This document shows positions 1 to 8,140 of a DNA stretch of 47,315 nucleotides, one piece after another; positions within the stretch are counted from its first letter, which is position 1; each line of letters opens with the position of its first letter. The position numbers and the translations under genes are program-made. A model generated the notes under the pieces. That model worked only from the letters and a program-made list of their open reading frames with translations, was not told the origin of the DNA and searched no databases. This DNA is from an uncultured bacterium (GTDB taxonomy: Bacteria; B130-G9): contig CBDVDH010000028.1 in assembly GCA_965372715.1 (NCBI GenBank), positions 1 to 47,315 of the forward strand. The letters run 5' to 3'.

Positions 1-197
1 GAGACACCGCCCCTACAGGCCGATTCCGACAATCGCGTCGCAAATGAAAACCGCCACTTTGATCTTGACAATTGGCAGCATTTCTTGTATCATTTTTGTG
101 CAAGTGGACGAAAAAACCTCCATGCCCCGACTTATGACCCAGCCTCGGAAAGCCTGCCCCACGCGCACGAGAGTCACGGCCTTGAATTATTCGGGCT
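1..197. repeat. Composite REP/MITE-like dispersed repeat (truncated by window start)
   Basis: Positions 1-146 align ungapped with 16421-16566 (about 116/146 identical, hand count). Positions ~155-197 are the reverse complement of the AGCCCGAATAATTCAAGG..GTGGGGC module at 4608 and 47259. Confidence 0.85.
65..93 (+). promoter_or_regulatory. Sigma70-type promoter carried inside the repeat
   Basis: TTGACA-17 nt-TATCAT, pointing toward tolQ. The copy at 16485-16513 reads TTGACA-17-TATTGT. Confidence 0.55.
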
Positions 198-356
198 GGC
201 CGAGCTGCTCTTCGCCCAGCCGCCAACTCCTGACTTTGGACTTTGGACCGGGAACCCCAACCCGGCGTTGACATCCACGCCTGACCGACTTAGCTTCTGC
301 CGCACCACGAGAAACTGTGAAGGAGTCCCGCGCGAGGGCTTTGGAGGCATGGGCAC

Positions 357-1124
357 TTGAGTCTGCTATCAACCGCAAAAACGAGCGTTGTTGTTTCGCT
401 GTTTTCGCAGATGGACTCCATCGGGGTCGGGATTACGGTTTCCCTGTTGGCCGTTTCAGTCTATTCGTGGTCAGTAATCCTCGAGCGAGTGTTTTTCTTC
501 AGGGAGATGGCAAGGGGATTCTGGGAGTTTGAGCGGATATTCAGAAAATCGCAGAACCTTGAGGAGGTTGCCGCCGGCCTGAAAGACATCCCGCCCAGCC
601 CGCTGTCGAGGATATTCACCAGGGGCTACGCAGTTCTGGAGGAAGGCCTCGAGCTCTTGGCCGTCGGCAACTCGAGAACGGCCAGCGAGTCGGGGCTCAG
701 AACCGGGATGGTTGAGATGCAAATGGACGTTCTGAAGGAAAGCCTCGCAATCAGCGCCGATGAGGAGGCGGCTCTGTTTGAGAGGCGGCTCGGCGTGCTC
801 GGGACCATCGCGGCAGCCGGTCCTTTCGTTGGCCTGCTCGGGACTGTGTGGGGAATCATGGTTGCCTTCCACAGCATGGGCGGCGCAGGAACAGCCGAAT
901 TCCGAGTGGTCGCGGCCGGAATATCGAGCGCACTTCTTACGACGGTAGCTGGGCTTGTAGCCGCGATTCCCGCGCTCGTATCTCACAACTTCTTCGTCCA
1001 CAAGTCACAGCGCCTAAGCGTGAGGATAGACGATTTTAACGACAGGTTTCAGCGGCTGGCCGGCCGTTGGTTTGTCCAGGCGATCTCAGAGACGGCGCCT
1101 GAACAGGAGAGCAAGAAGCGATGA
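357..1124 (+). CDS. tolQ: MotA/TolQ/ExbB proton-channel family protein
   Basis: N-terminal TM (SVYSWSVILER) and C-terminal LGTIAAAGPFVGLLGTVWGIM..GISSALLTTVAGLVAAIPA signature. ExbB cannot be excluded. Confidence 0.85.
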   Translation: MSLLSTAKTSVVVSLFSQMDSIGVGITVSLLAVSVYSWSVILERVFFFREMARGFWEFERIFRKSQNLEEVAAGLKDIPPSPLSRIFTRGYAVLEEGLELLAVGNSRTASESGLRTGMVEMQMDVLKESLAISADEEAALFERRLGVLGTIAAAGPFVGLLGTVWGIMVAFHSMGGAGTAEFRVVAAGISSALLTTVAGLVAAIPALVSHNFFVHKSQRLSVRIDDFNDRFQRLAGRWFVQAISETAPEQESKKR

Positions 1125-1540
1125 GGCTTGCTAGCCGAAGAAGGACCGCCGTATCAGACATAAACGTAACGCCAATTGTTGATGTCATGTTGATGCTCCT
1201 GGTGATCTTCATCCTCACCGCACCCGTGATTAGATACGGATTGGATATCGGCTTGCCCAAAGGGACCTTCGGGGAGCAAAGCACTCGTCAGGCCGTCATC
1301 GTCTCACTGAGGCAGAATGGTCAAGTGTTTGTGCAGAACAAGAGCGTCAACCGAACGGAGCTGCCAAGGGTCCTGACGGAGAAGCTGCTAGAGATGCCTG
1401 CCTCAAAGGTGATGATTGCCGCCGACAAGGGCATTTCATACGGGGGCGTAATGGAGCTTTTGAGCCTGGTGCAAAGCGCTGGAGTTGATGACGTCTATCT
1501 CTTGACCGAATCGCCCGAGAAGCAGGCTAAACCGCGATGA
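1121..1540 (+). CDS. tolR: TolR/ExbD biopolymer transport protein
   Basis: INVTPIVDVMLMLLVIFILTAP TM with the conserved Asp, plus IAADKGISYG motif. ATGA overlap with the upstream gene. Confidence 0.85.
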   Translation: MRLASRRRTAVSDINVTPIVDVMLMLLVIFILTAPVIRYGLDIGLPKGTFGEQSTRQAVIVSLRQNGQVFVQNKSVNRTELPRVLTEKLLEMPASKVMIAADKGISYGGVMELLSLVQSAGVDDVYLLTESPEKQAKPR

Positions 1541-1690
1541 ATCCCCTTTCGTACCGGGACCGTTTCGGAATCAGATGTGCCCGTGTGCCATCTTCGAGTC
1601 GATGGTGATCTGGGCCAGCGCGAAGGGCGTTGCAACGCTGCGCGAGCGACATGACCACACCCGGCCCGACAACCGATGCCTACCGCGTCG

Positions 1691-1719
1691 TTGACAGCGT
1701 TCGTCTTGCGCTTTAGTAT
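1691..1719 (+). promoter_or_regulatory. Sigma70 promoter of rpmH operon
   Basis: TTGACA-17 nt-TAGTAT about 100 bp upstream of rpmH. Confidence 0.55.
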
Positions 1720-1815
1720 TCGCGCGGTTAGGTTTTTTAACTCCTCTTTGCAGGGATTCCCTTTTACTGACAATGTCGCGTTGAGAGTTTAGAGAGCATT
1801 TGAGAAGGCAGCAGA

Positions 1816-1950
1816 GTGAAGCGAACATATCAACCTCACAACATAAGACGCAAACGGACGCACGGCTTTTTGGTCAGGATGCGAACCAGAAGTGGCAAGC
1901 AGGTCATCGCGAGAAGGCGCTCCATAGCCCGAAAGCGCCTCTCGGTGTAG
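1816..1950 (+). CDS. rpmH: 50S ribosomal protein L34 (not in ORF track)
   Basis: GTG start; translates to [44 protein letters not shown] (44 aa). Canonical position before rnpA. Confidence 0.97.
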   Translation: MKRTYQPHNIRRKRTHGFLVRMRTRSGKQVIARRRSIARKRLSV

Positions 1951-1990
1951 GGACCACGATGAGCCCTAGAATATCAGGGCTGTAGCCAAA

Positions 1991-2611
1991 TTGCCGACGC
2001 ACGGCGTTGACTATGAGCGGCTAAGGCTTAATTCAGAGTTTCAGCGGCTCTATGAAGGTGGTGGGCGCGTCGCCGGCGCGAACCTGGTCGTAATCGGTAT
2101 AAATGACCGCGGCGAGACGGTCCCTCGGTTCGGCGTGTCCGTCAGCCGAAAAGTGGGGAACGCAGTTGTCAGAAACCGCACAAAGCGCCTTTTGCGGGAA
2201 GCATTCGTGAGTCTGGCGCCGGATGTCGGGCCGGGCTGGGATATTGCCATCTGCGCGCGGCCATCGATTGCCGGCGCCTCGTTCATTGGGGTTCAGGAAG
2301 ACCTGAGGCGCGTTCTAAGAAGGCTTTGCCGAGTCGGCGGCAAGCAAGGGTCGGTTCGCAGTCGGGCAGCTAGGGTGGTCAGCAAGACGGTGTCAGGGCC
2401 GATTATCTTTGCGCTCGTCGCCTACAAGAAGCTGGTCTCGCCGGTCATGCCCCGGTGTTGCCGCTTTGAGCCAACCTGCGCAGACTACGCTGCTGCGGCC
2501 TATCGGAGGTTCGGGTTTTTTCGGGCGACGGGGCTCACCCTTTTGAGGCTTCTGAGATGCCAGCCTCTCTGTGAGGGCGGTTACGACCCAGTGCCCGAAG
2601 CTAAGCATTGA
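1991..2611 (+). CDS. rnpA: Fused RNase P protein component (RnpA) and membrane protein insertion efficiency factor (YidD)
   Basis: N-half has RFGVSVSRKVGNAVVRNRTKRLLREAF (RNR motif). C-half has YKKLVSP..CRFEPTCADY..RCQPLCEGGYDPVP (YidD). No stop codon between them. Confidence 0.92.
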   Translation: MPTHGVDYERLRLNSEFQRLYEGGGRVAGANLVVIGINDRGETVPRFGVSVSRKVGNAVVRNRTKRLLREAFVSLAPDVGPGWDIAICARPSIAGASFIGVQEDLRRVLRRLCRVGGKQGSVRSRAARVVSKTVSGPIIFALVAYKKLVSPVMPRCCRFEPTCADYAAAAYRRFGFFRATGLTLLRLLRCQPLCEGGYDPVPEAKH

Positions 2612-2644
2612 ACGCTATTGTTGCAGGTTAAGGATTAAGGACGA

Positions 2645-4609
2645 ATGGAGACCAGAAGACTCATTCTTGCGGTGATTCTAGTCATCGCGGTCGTGTTGCT
2701 GTACAATCACTTCTTCGCACCAAAGCCCGAGCCCAGACCGAGAGAGTCGCCCCGGGCCCCGGCGAAAGCAACAGGGAGCGCAGTTTCCAAACAGGACGAT
2801 GCCGTGAAGCGATACCTCGAGCAACAGATGGTCGGTGGGCAGGCCGAGGCCCCATTGAGACCCGACACTGCCGAGGGTGCAGAAAAGGAGATCGTGGTCG
2901 ATACTGACCTTTTCAGAGTGGTCTTCTCCACTGATGGCGGCGCGATAAAGAGCCTCCGACTGCGGCGCTATAGGGACCTTCCGCCCGATTTCATAACCGC
3001 AAAGGAAAAGCTCCTGAGGAAGAGCTCGGGCGACCTACCTATGAACGAGTTCCAGCTCGCAAACGCAAAAGAGGTGCTTTCTGGCATAGTATCCGATTTT
3101 CGCGAGGACTTCTTTGGCAAGCGGGAGCTTTCTTCTGTAGAGCAGGACCACCTCAAGGCGCTCGTCGAGAAGTTCTATGTCTCCGCAAAACGCATCTTAA
3201 ACTCCGACTTCATGAAGCGGCGTGCGTCCGCCAAAAGGATCAGACAGAGCCTCCGGGATGAATGGTCCGGGACGACATCACGTGCCAGCAGGACGATGCG
3301 GCGGCTCGAGCTGCTCGAGGGCGTGGAGCTCGTTCCTGCTTACTTATCCGAGATCGGCGAGTATATGCTGAAGACGGTCTATCCGGTGAAGCTCGGAGAG
3401 TCGGATGAGACAACGTTTGAGACCGTTCGGTTTGATACCGCTCATCCTGAAACGACAGTGCTTGATGGCGGCTTGGACTTCAGCACAATCAGATTCGAGG
3501 CCTCGTTCAACGACGACACGATCAAGCTGATTAAGGAATATCGGGTCTCAGCAGAGAGCTACGTGCTTGACCTTTCTTATAGTATCGAGGCGGCATCTTC
3601 GCCGACGGTTGATGTGCCTACCATTGAGACTTGGCTCGGCCCTGATGTAGGTTCGTCGGCCGTGGAGCCGAAGGGGAGATACTCAGGCGGCGGGATCGCT
3701 GCATCGGACGGCACGCAGCTCTTGGACAGCGCTTTCGGCTTCAACGACATGCTGACCTGGGCCGCGCTTCAGGACCGCTACTTCATGGTCGCTATGGCCC
3801 GGAAGGACGCTTGGTTGATTGGCGCCAATCCCTTCCTTCAAGGCTTTAATCTCAGGTGGGTCGTCCCGCTCACGACCGACGCGAGCTCCAGCATCAGCGT
3901 CTTCGCTGGGCCAAAGGACATCGACGAGCTGACGAAACTGGGCGAGGGGCTGGAGAAGGTCATTGATTTCGGCTGGTTCACCTTCGTCGCCAAACCGATT
4001 TACCTTCTATTGAGGTATCTATATTCCATCGTCGGCAACTATGGCGTGGCGATCATAATTCTGGCACTGCTGATCAAGATCGTCTTCTACCCGCTGACGG
4101 TGAAACAGACCAAATCGATGAAGAAGATGCAGGTGGTCGCCCCCCAGATCAAGATGCTTCGCGAGAGATACAAGAACGACAAGGAACGCCTCAACAAGGA
4201 GATCATGGCGCTTTACAAGAAGCACGAGGTGAACCCGATGGGCGGGTGCCTCCCGATTCTGATACAGTTCCCGATACTGTTCGCTCTCATCAGGGTCTTG
4301 CCCATTGTCATCGATCTGAGGCAGGCGCCGTTTATCCTCTGGCTACACGATCTCTCTGAGCCAGACCCCTACTACGTAACGCCGATTCTCATGGGCGCCG
4401 CAATGATCTTGCAGCAGAAGATGACACCAGCAGGCGACCCCAAGCAAGCCAGAATGATGCTAGTGATGTCGGTTGTCTTCACCTTCTTCTTCTTGAGCTT
4501 CTCCTCAGGCCTCGTCCTTTACTGGTTCTGCGGAACCATATTCCAGTTGCTTCAGCAGCTTCTGATGAGCAAGAAGGAGGAGAAGGCCAAAGCTATCGCG
4601 CAGCGATAG
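2645..4609 (+). CDS. yidC: Membrane protein insertase YidC
   Basis: N-terminal TM, large periplasmic domain, IDFGWF, GNYGVAII, VNPMGGCLP and GLVLYW motifs. rpmH-rnpA-yidD-yidC synteny. Confidence 0.96.
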   Translation: METRRLILAVILVIAVVLLYNHFFAPKPEPRPRESPRAPAKATGSAVSKQDDAVKRYLEQQMVGGQAEAPLRPDTAEGAEKEIVVDTDLFRVVFSTDGGAIKSLRLRRYRDLPPDFITAKEKLLRKSSGDLPMNEFQLANAKEVLSGIVSDFREDFFGKRELSSVEQDHLKALVEKFYVSAKRILNSDFMKRRASAKRIRQSLRDEWSGTTSRASRTMRRLELLEGVELVPAYLSEIGEYMLKTVYPVKLGESDETTFETVRFDTAHPETTVLDGGLDFSTIRFEASFNDDTIKLIKEYRVSAESYVLDLSYSIEAASSPTVDVPTIETWLGPDVGSSAVEPKGRYSGGGIAASDGTQLLDSAFGFNDMLTWAALQDRYFMVAMARKDAWLIGANPFLQGFNLRWVVPLTTDASSSISVFAGPKDIDELTKLGEGLEKVIDFGWFTFVAKPIYLLLRYLYSIVGNYGVAIIILALLIKIVFYPLTVKQTKSMKKMQVVAPQIKMLRERYKNDKERLNKEIMALYKKHEVNPMGGCLPILIQFPILFALIRVLPIVIDLRQAPFILWLHDLSEPDPYYVTPILMGAAMILQQKMTPAGDPKQARMMLVMSVVFTFFFLSFSSGLVLYWFCGTIFQLLQQLLMSKKEEKAKAIAQR

Positions 4610-4751
4610 CCCGAGTAATTCAAGGCCGTGACTCTCATGGGTGTGGGGCAGCCTCTTCTAGCCTGCCAAAGACTAAGGTCTTTCTGGCGCGAGTGTGCCG
4701 TGTGATGGATGCAGCAATCACTAAAAAGGCAGGCTGGAAAGCCCGCCCCAC
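4607..4751. repeat. Repeat module plus inverted GTGG-type REP doublet, starting at the yidC stop codon
   Basis: TAGCCCGAGTAATTCAAGGCCGTGACTCTC module, then inverted REPs at 4643-4667 and 4728-4751. The latter is the exact reverse complement of 9782-9805. Confidence 0.85.
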
Positions 4752-4788
4752 ATCTCATACCAGCCGCAGCTTGAGACCTCACTGCGTC

Positions 4789-6219
4789 TCAGGGTCGGGC
4801 GAAGAGCAGATCGCTATCGAGGCGCTTGCCGAATAGGTAGATCACGGGGCGACGTTCGTCTGCCGCTTTCTTCTTCAAGTAGGTCTCTATCTCGTTCTGG
4901 TCCGGGCCAAAGTCTCTCGGCCCGCATACCTCGAGAAAGGATGCGCCTCGTCCGTGCATCTCGAGCGCGGACCCAGGCGGCGCTCCTTTGGCGCCTATCA
5001 CGCAATGTGACCATTCACGCCTGTCGGGCTCTTTCATGGCGAACGTGGCGCCAATGCTCTCGAAAGTGCCCAGCAGGTCAGCGTTGACTTTCGTTTTGCC
5101 CTTGGCGGCAAGCACCACAATGGTTCCTGATGGAAGGTCCCTAATTACCTGCTCGAGTTTCCGATTATCCTTGGGGCGAGCGATGGTATCAAAACGGTCG
5201 GCGGCTAGCAGTTCCCCCGAGTTCTGATCGATGGCGACGAGATTGTAGCCTCTGAGGTTGGTCGAAACGTCCGCCCCGTTCCTAAGGATGTTCCCGTAAT
5301 CGCCATTCTGGTCGCCGGCGCTGCGAACGACAATATCGCAAGGCGCCAAAACGCCGGTTGAGCCAATCTCCCTTTTGCCCGAAAACACGAGGCGCATCCC
5401 CATACGCTCGATGAGCTGAGACAGATCGTACCACTTCAGCGACTCGACCAGCGTCCAGGCGGGGTGAAGATCGTCGGGAACGAGCGCCTCGATCGTCGTT
5501 TTCGTAACCTGCTCTCCCCTTGAGCGCTCCTCGAAATCCCCAAGAAGCGAACCCATGCCGGAAGCTTTGAGCAGTTTCGGCAAGGCCGCCGTCGCACGGT
5601 CCCAATCCCACGTGATTGAGAACACGTAGGTTTGCCACAAAAGCGCCGAAGACTCCGAGCCGCTTTGCTTCTCACATTCTTGTAGCCGGGCTCTTGCTTT
5701 GTCCCATTCACTTCTTAGCGAATGAACCTTACCCATGAAGCAGGAATTGTCCCCCATTGTGTCGAGGAGAGCCATTAGGTCATCATTCTTTGGCGCAAGG
5801 AGCTGCTTAGTGGGAAAGACGAAGAAGTAGTCTTGGGCCAGCGCCATCCCAGCTGCATACTCGGCAAGAGCTTGCCGAAGCTGCCCTTTAGCAAACAAGG
5901 CCTTGCTCCGCTCGTAATGCTTGCCTATGCCCGTTTGGGCTATCTCCCTCATCTTCGGCTCCGAAGGCGCGCTTTCGCGCTCGATGCGCCGAATCCTGAT
6001 AAAGAGCTTCATCGCCGCCGAGAAATCGCCAGAAGCTAGCGCGCTCTCGGCGCGGGACCTAAGCACTGACGGGAGATTTGCGATCTGGATGGCCACGGCA
6101 AAAGCGCAGGCAAGGCAAAGCAGGGCGACAACCAGAAATGAAGAAATCCGGCGCCTAGCACGGTTGTCGTAAGATGCAAGGACTCCGCCTCCGCTCTGCT
6201 CGGACTCGGGTTCAGACAC
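4789..6219 (-). CDS. Membrane-anchored helical-repeat protein with C-terminal ILEI/PANDER-like domain
   Basis: N-terminal TM and TPR-like helices; RGYNLVAID..FDT..LPSGTIVVLAAKG..IGAKG pattern resembles ILEI. Start placed at GTG 6219 (GAGG RBS) rather than 6294. Confidence 0.6.
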   Translation of the reverse strand: MSEPESEQSGGGVLASYDNRARRRISSFLVVALLCLACAFAVAIQIANLPSVLRSRAESALASGDFSAAMKLFIRIRRIERESAPSEPKMREIAQTGIGKHYERSKALFAKGQLRQALAEYAAGMALAQDYFFVFPTKQLLAPKNDDLMALLDTMGDNSCFMGKVHSLRSEWDKARARLQECEKQSGSESSALLWQTYVFSITWDWDRATAALPKLLKASGMGSLLGDFEERSRGEQVTKTTIEALVPDDLHPAWTLVESLKWYDLSQLIERMGMRLVFSGKREIGSTGVLAPCDIVVRSAGDQNGDYGNILRNGADVSTNLRGYNLVAIDQNSGELLAADRFDTIARPKDNRKLEQVIRDLPSGTIVVLAAKGKTKVNADLLGTFESIGATFAMKEPDRREWSHCVIGAKGAPPGSALEMHGRGASFLEVCGPRDFGPDQNEIETYLKKKAADERRPVIYLFGKRLDSDLLFARP

Positions 6220-6316
6220 GTCTTTCCTCAATGTGAGTTCTTCAACTACGAATAGAGCCGCCGAAATCGTATAAGCCCGATAGCGCAGTGTCAAATGATG
6301 CCAGAAACCAAAACGG

Positions 6317-6345
6317 TTGACAGAGAATCACCTGATGCCTATTCT
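6317..6345 (+). promoter_or_regulatory. Sigma70 promoter
   Basis: TTGACA-17 nt-TATTCT upstream of the 6411 CDS, which has a GGAGG RBS. Confidence 0.55.
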
Positions 6346-6410
6346 AAAGTAGCCTGTAAAAGGAATCAGCACAGAATAGCTAATGTTTTCGGACTATTTG
6401 GAGGCAGTAA

Positions 6411-8129
6411 ATGGCTGGACGTCATTTGCGGTTGTGGAATCTTGTCTTTTCCCTGGCGCTATGCGCCAGCGGTGCTTTGGCCCAGGACACAATTGTCGTT
6501 CCTGACGATTACCTGACTATCCAGCAGGCAATCGACGCCGCCCGAACCGGCGACACGGTCTTCGTTTGCGGCAGTGAAACGCATTATGAAGGTAACATTG
6601 AGCTGAAAGACGGCATCACACTTGAGGGTGAAGGCGCAGACTACACTACAATCGAGGGCGATAACTACTATCACGCCGTTGTCATGGCCAACGGCACAGC
6701 GATTCGCGGTTTCACCATCATGGGGAACCCATCGTGCGTTTATTCTTGCGCCTCGAACGTCGTGGTTGAGGACAACACCCTTCTTGGCCATTACTACGGG
6801 GCCCAGGTTGAGGCCGGGTCAATTGACATCGTCAATTGCGACATTAAGGGCGCTCCTCCCTTCTTCGGAGTCTATTGCATCAATTGCGCCGTCACAATCG
6901 ATAACTGCGACATTCTCGGCGCGTATGCCGGGATGAAGCTCGAAGACTCGCAGGTTGAAGTACTCCGCAGCTTCGTTCAGGGAACTGACAGCGGCATCAA
7001 CGTTGAGTCATGCACCGGGTCAATTTTCAACTGCCACATTCTGGATAACAGATTCGACGCTGTGCATCTAAGGGATTCTGATGGCTTCATTGTGGCTAAC
7101 AACGTCATATACGGCCGCGGCTACTCTCTCGTTCGAGGCGTTCTGTGTTACGACGTGGCTCCGATAATTGCCAACAACATAATCTCGGACTGCCGGTTCG
7201 GCATAATGACAGGCCCGGACGCAGTGCCCATTGTGCTTTACAACGACGTTTATAACTGCGCTGACGGGGACTACGTCGATTTCAACGAGGATGACGTTGT
7301 GCCCTCGCCTGGGTCTGGCGAGATTAGCTCGGACCCTCTTTTCGTTGCGGCCGGCGATATGGACTTTAGTCTGGCGGATGGCTCCCCGTGCATAGACGCA
7401 GGCTATACGACGGACGCCTATACGGATACCGATGGCTCGGCGACCGACATGGGCGCTCACGGTGGGCCGTATGCAGGCTGGGTGGGCCAGAGCCAGCCGC
7501 CTTACATCAGAGTTGCGGCGAATCGGGACCTCGTGGGCGCGGCAGATGAGGAGCCCTTCATCGTCTCGGTGGCCCACACCAATCGCGCGAAAGAGACGGT
7601 CGAGGTTGACAGATACGTCGCGGTCATGGCGGATTTCGGGCTATTCTATCTTCCATGGCTGTCCCGGGAGCCGATGGCGGAGAGGATGTTCGTTGAGCCC
7701 AGCCGAGCGGAGATAACAGAGGAGATTCTCAGGATTGAGGATATGCTCACCATGCCGGTCGGGGGATACACCTTTTACGCCGCGTTTGCGAGGCCCGGAA
7801 CGTTTGATTTCTATTCGGGCATCACGACGTTCTCTGTGGAGCGCGTCAACAAGCCTGTCGCCAAGTTCACGGTTACGCCGTCAGAGGGACCCGTCGGAGA
7901 GAACTTCCACTTCGACGCAAGCGACTCTTACGACATCGAAGACCCGCTGATAGTCCTCAAGACCAGATGGGACTGGGAAAACGACGGGACCTGGGACGGG
8001 GACTTTCGATTCAACAAGACCGCCGATCATTCTTATGATACACCCGGAACCAAGACCATTACATTGGAAGTTATGGACCTGGACGGTTATATCGGCTCAG
8101 CAACCAGGCGGGTATCGGTAACCGAGTGA
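6411..8129 (+). CDS. Secreted right-handed beta-helix (NosD/pectin-lyase-like) protein with C-terminal PKD domain
   Basis: Signal peptide, VPDDYLTIQQAIDAA, beta-helix repeats, DPLFV..SPCIDAG..DMGAHGG, and PKD motif WDWENDG..HSYDTPGTKTITLEV. Confidence 0.8.
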   Translation: MAGRHLRLWNLVFSLALCASGALAQDTIVVPDDYLTIQQAIDAARTGDTVFVCGSETHYEGNIELKDGITLEGEGADYTTIEGDNYYHAVVMANGTAIRGFTIMGNPSCVYSCASNVVVEDNTLLGHYYGAQVEAGSIDIVNCDIKGAPPFFGVYCINCAVTIDNCDILGAYAGMKLEDSQVEVLRSFVQGTDSGINVESCTGSIFNCHILDNRFDAVHLRDSDGFIVANNVIYGRGYSLVRGVLCYDVAPIIANNIISDCRFGIMTGPDAVPIVLYNDVYNCADGDYVDFNEDDVVPSPGSGEISSDPLFVAAGDMDFSLADGSPCIDAGYTTDAYTDTDGSATDMGAHGGPYAGWVGQSQPPYIRVAANRDLVGAADEEPFIVSVAHTNRAKETVEVDRYVAVMADFGLFYLPWLSREPMAERMFVEPSRAEITEEILRIEDMLTMPVGGYTFYAAFARPGTFDFYSGITTFSVERVNKPVAKFTVTPSEGPVGENFHFDASDSYDIEDPLIVLKTRWDWENDGTWDGDFRFNKTADHSYDTPGTKTITLEVMDLDGYIGSATRRVSVTE

Positions 8130-8140
8130 AGGCGTTTTAG

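Noticed and set aside
1541-1815. oriC upstream of rpmH
   Set aside because: No dnaA and no TTATCCACA boxes seen.
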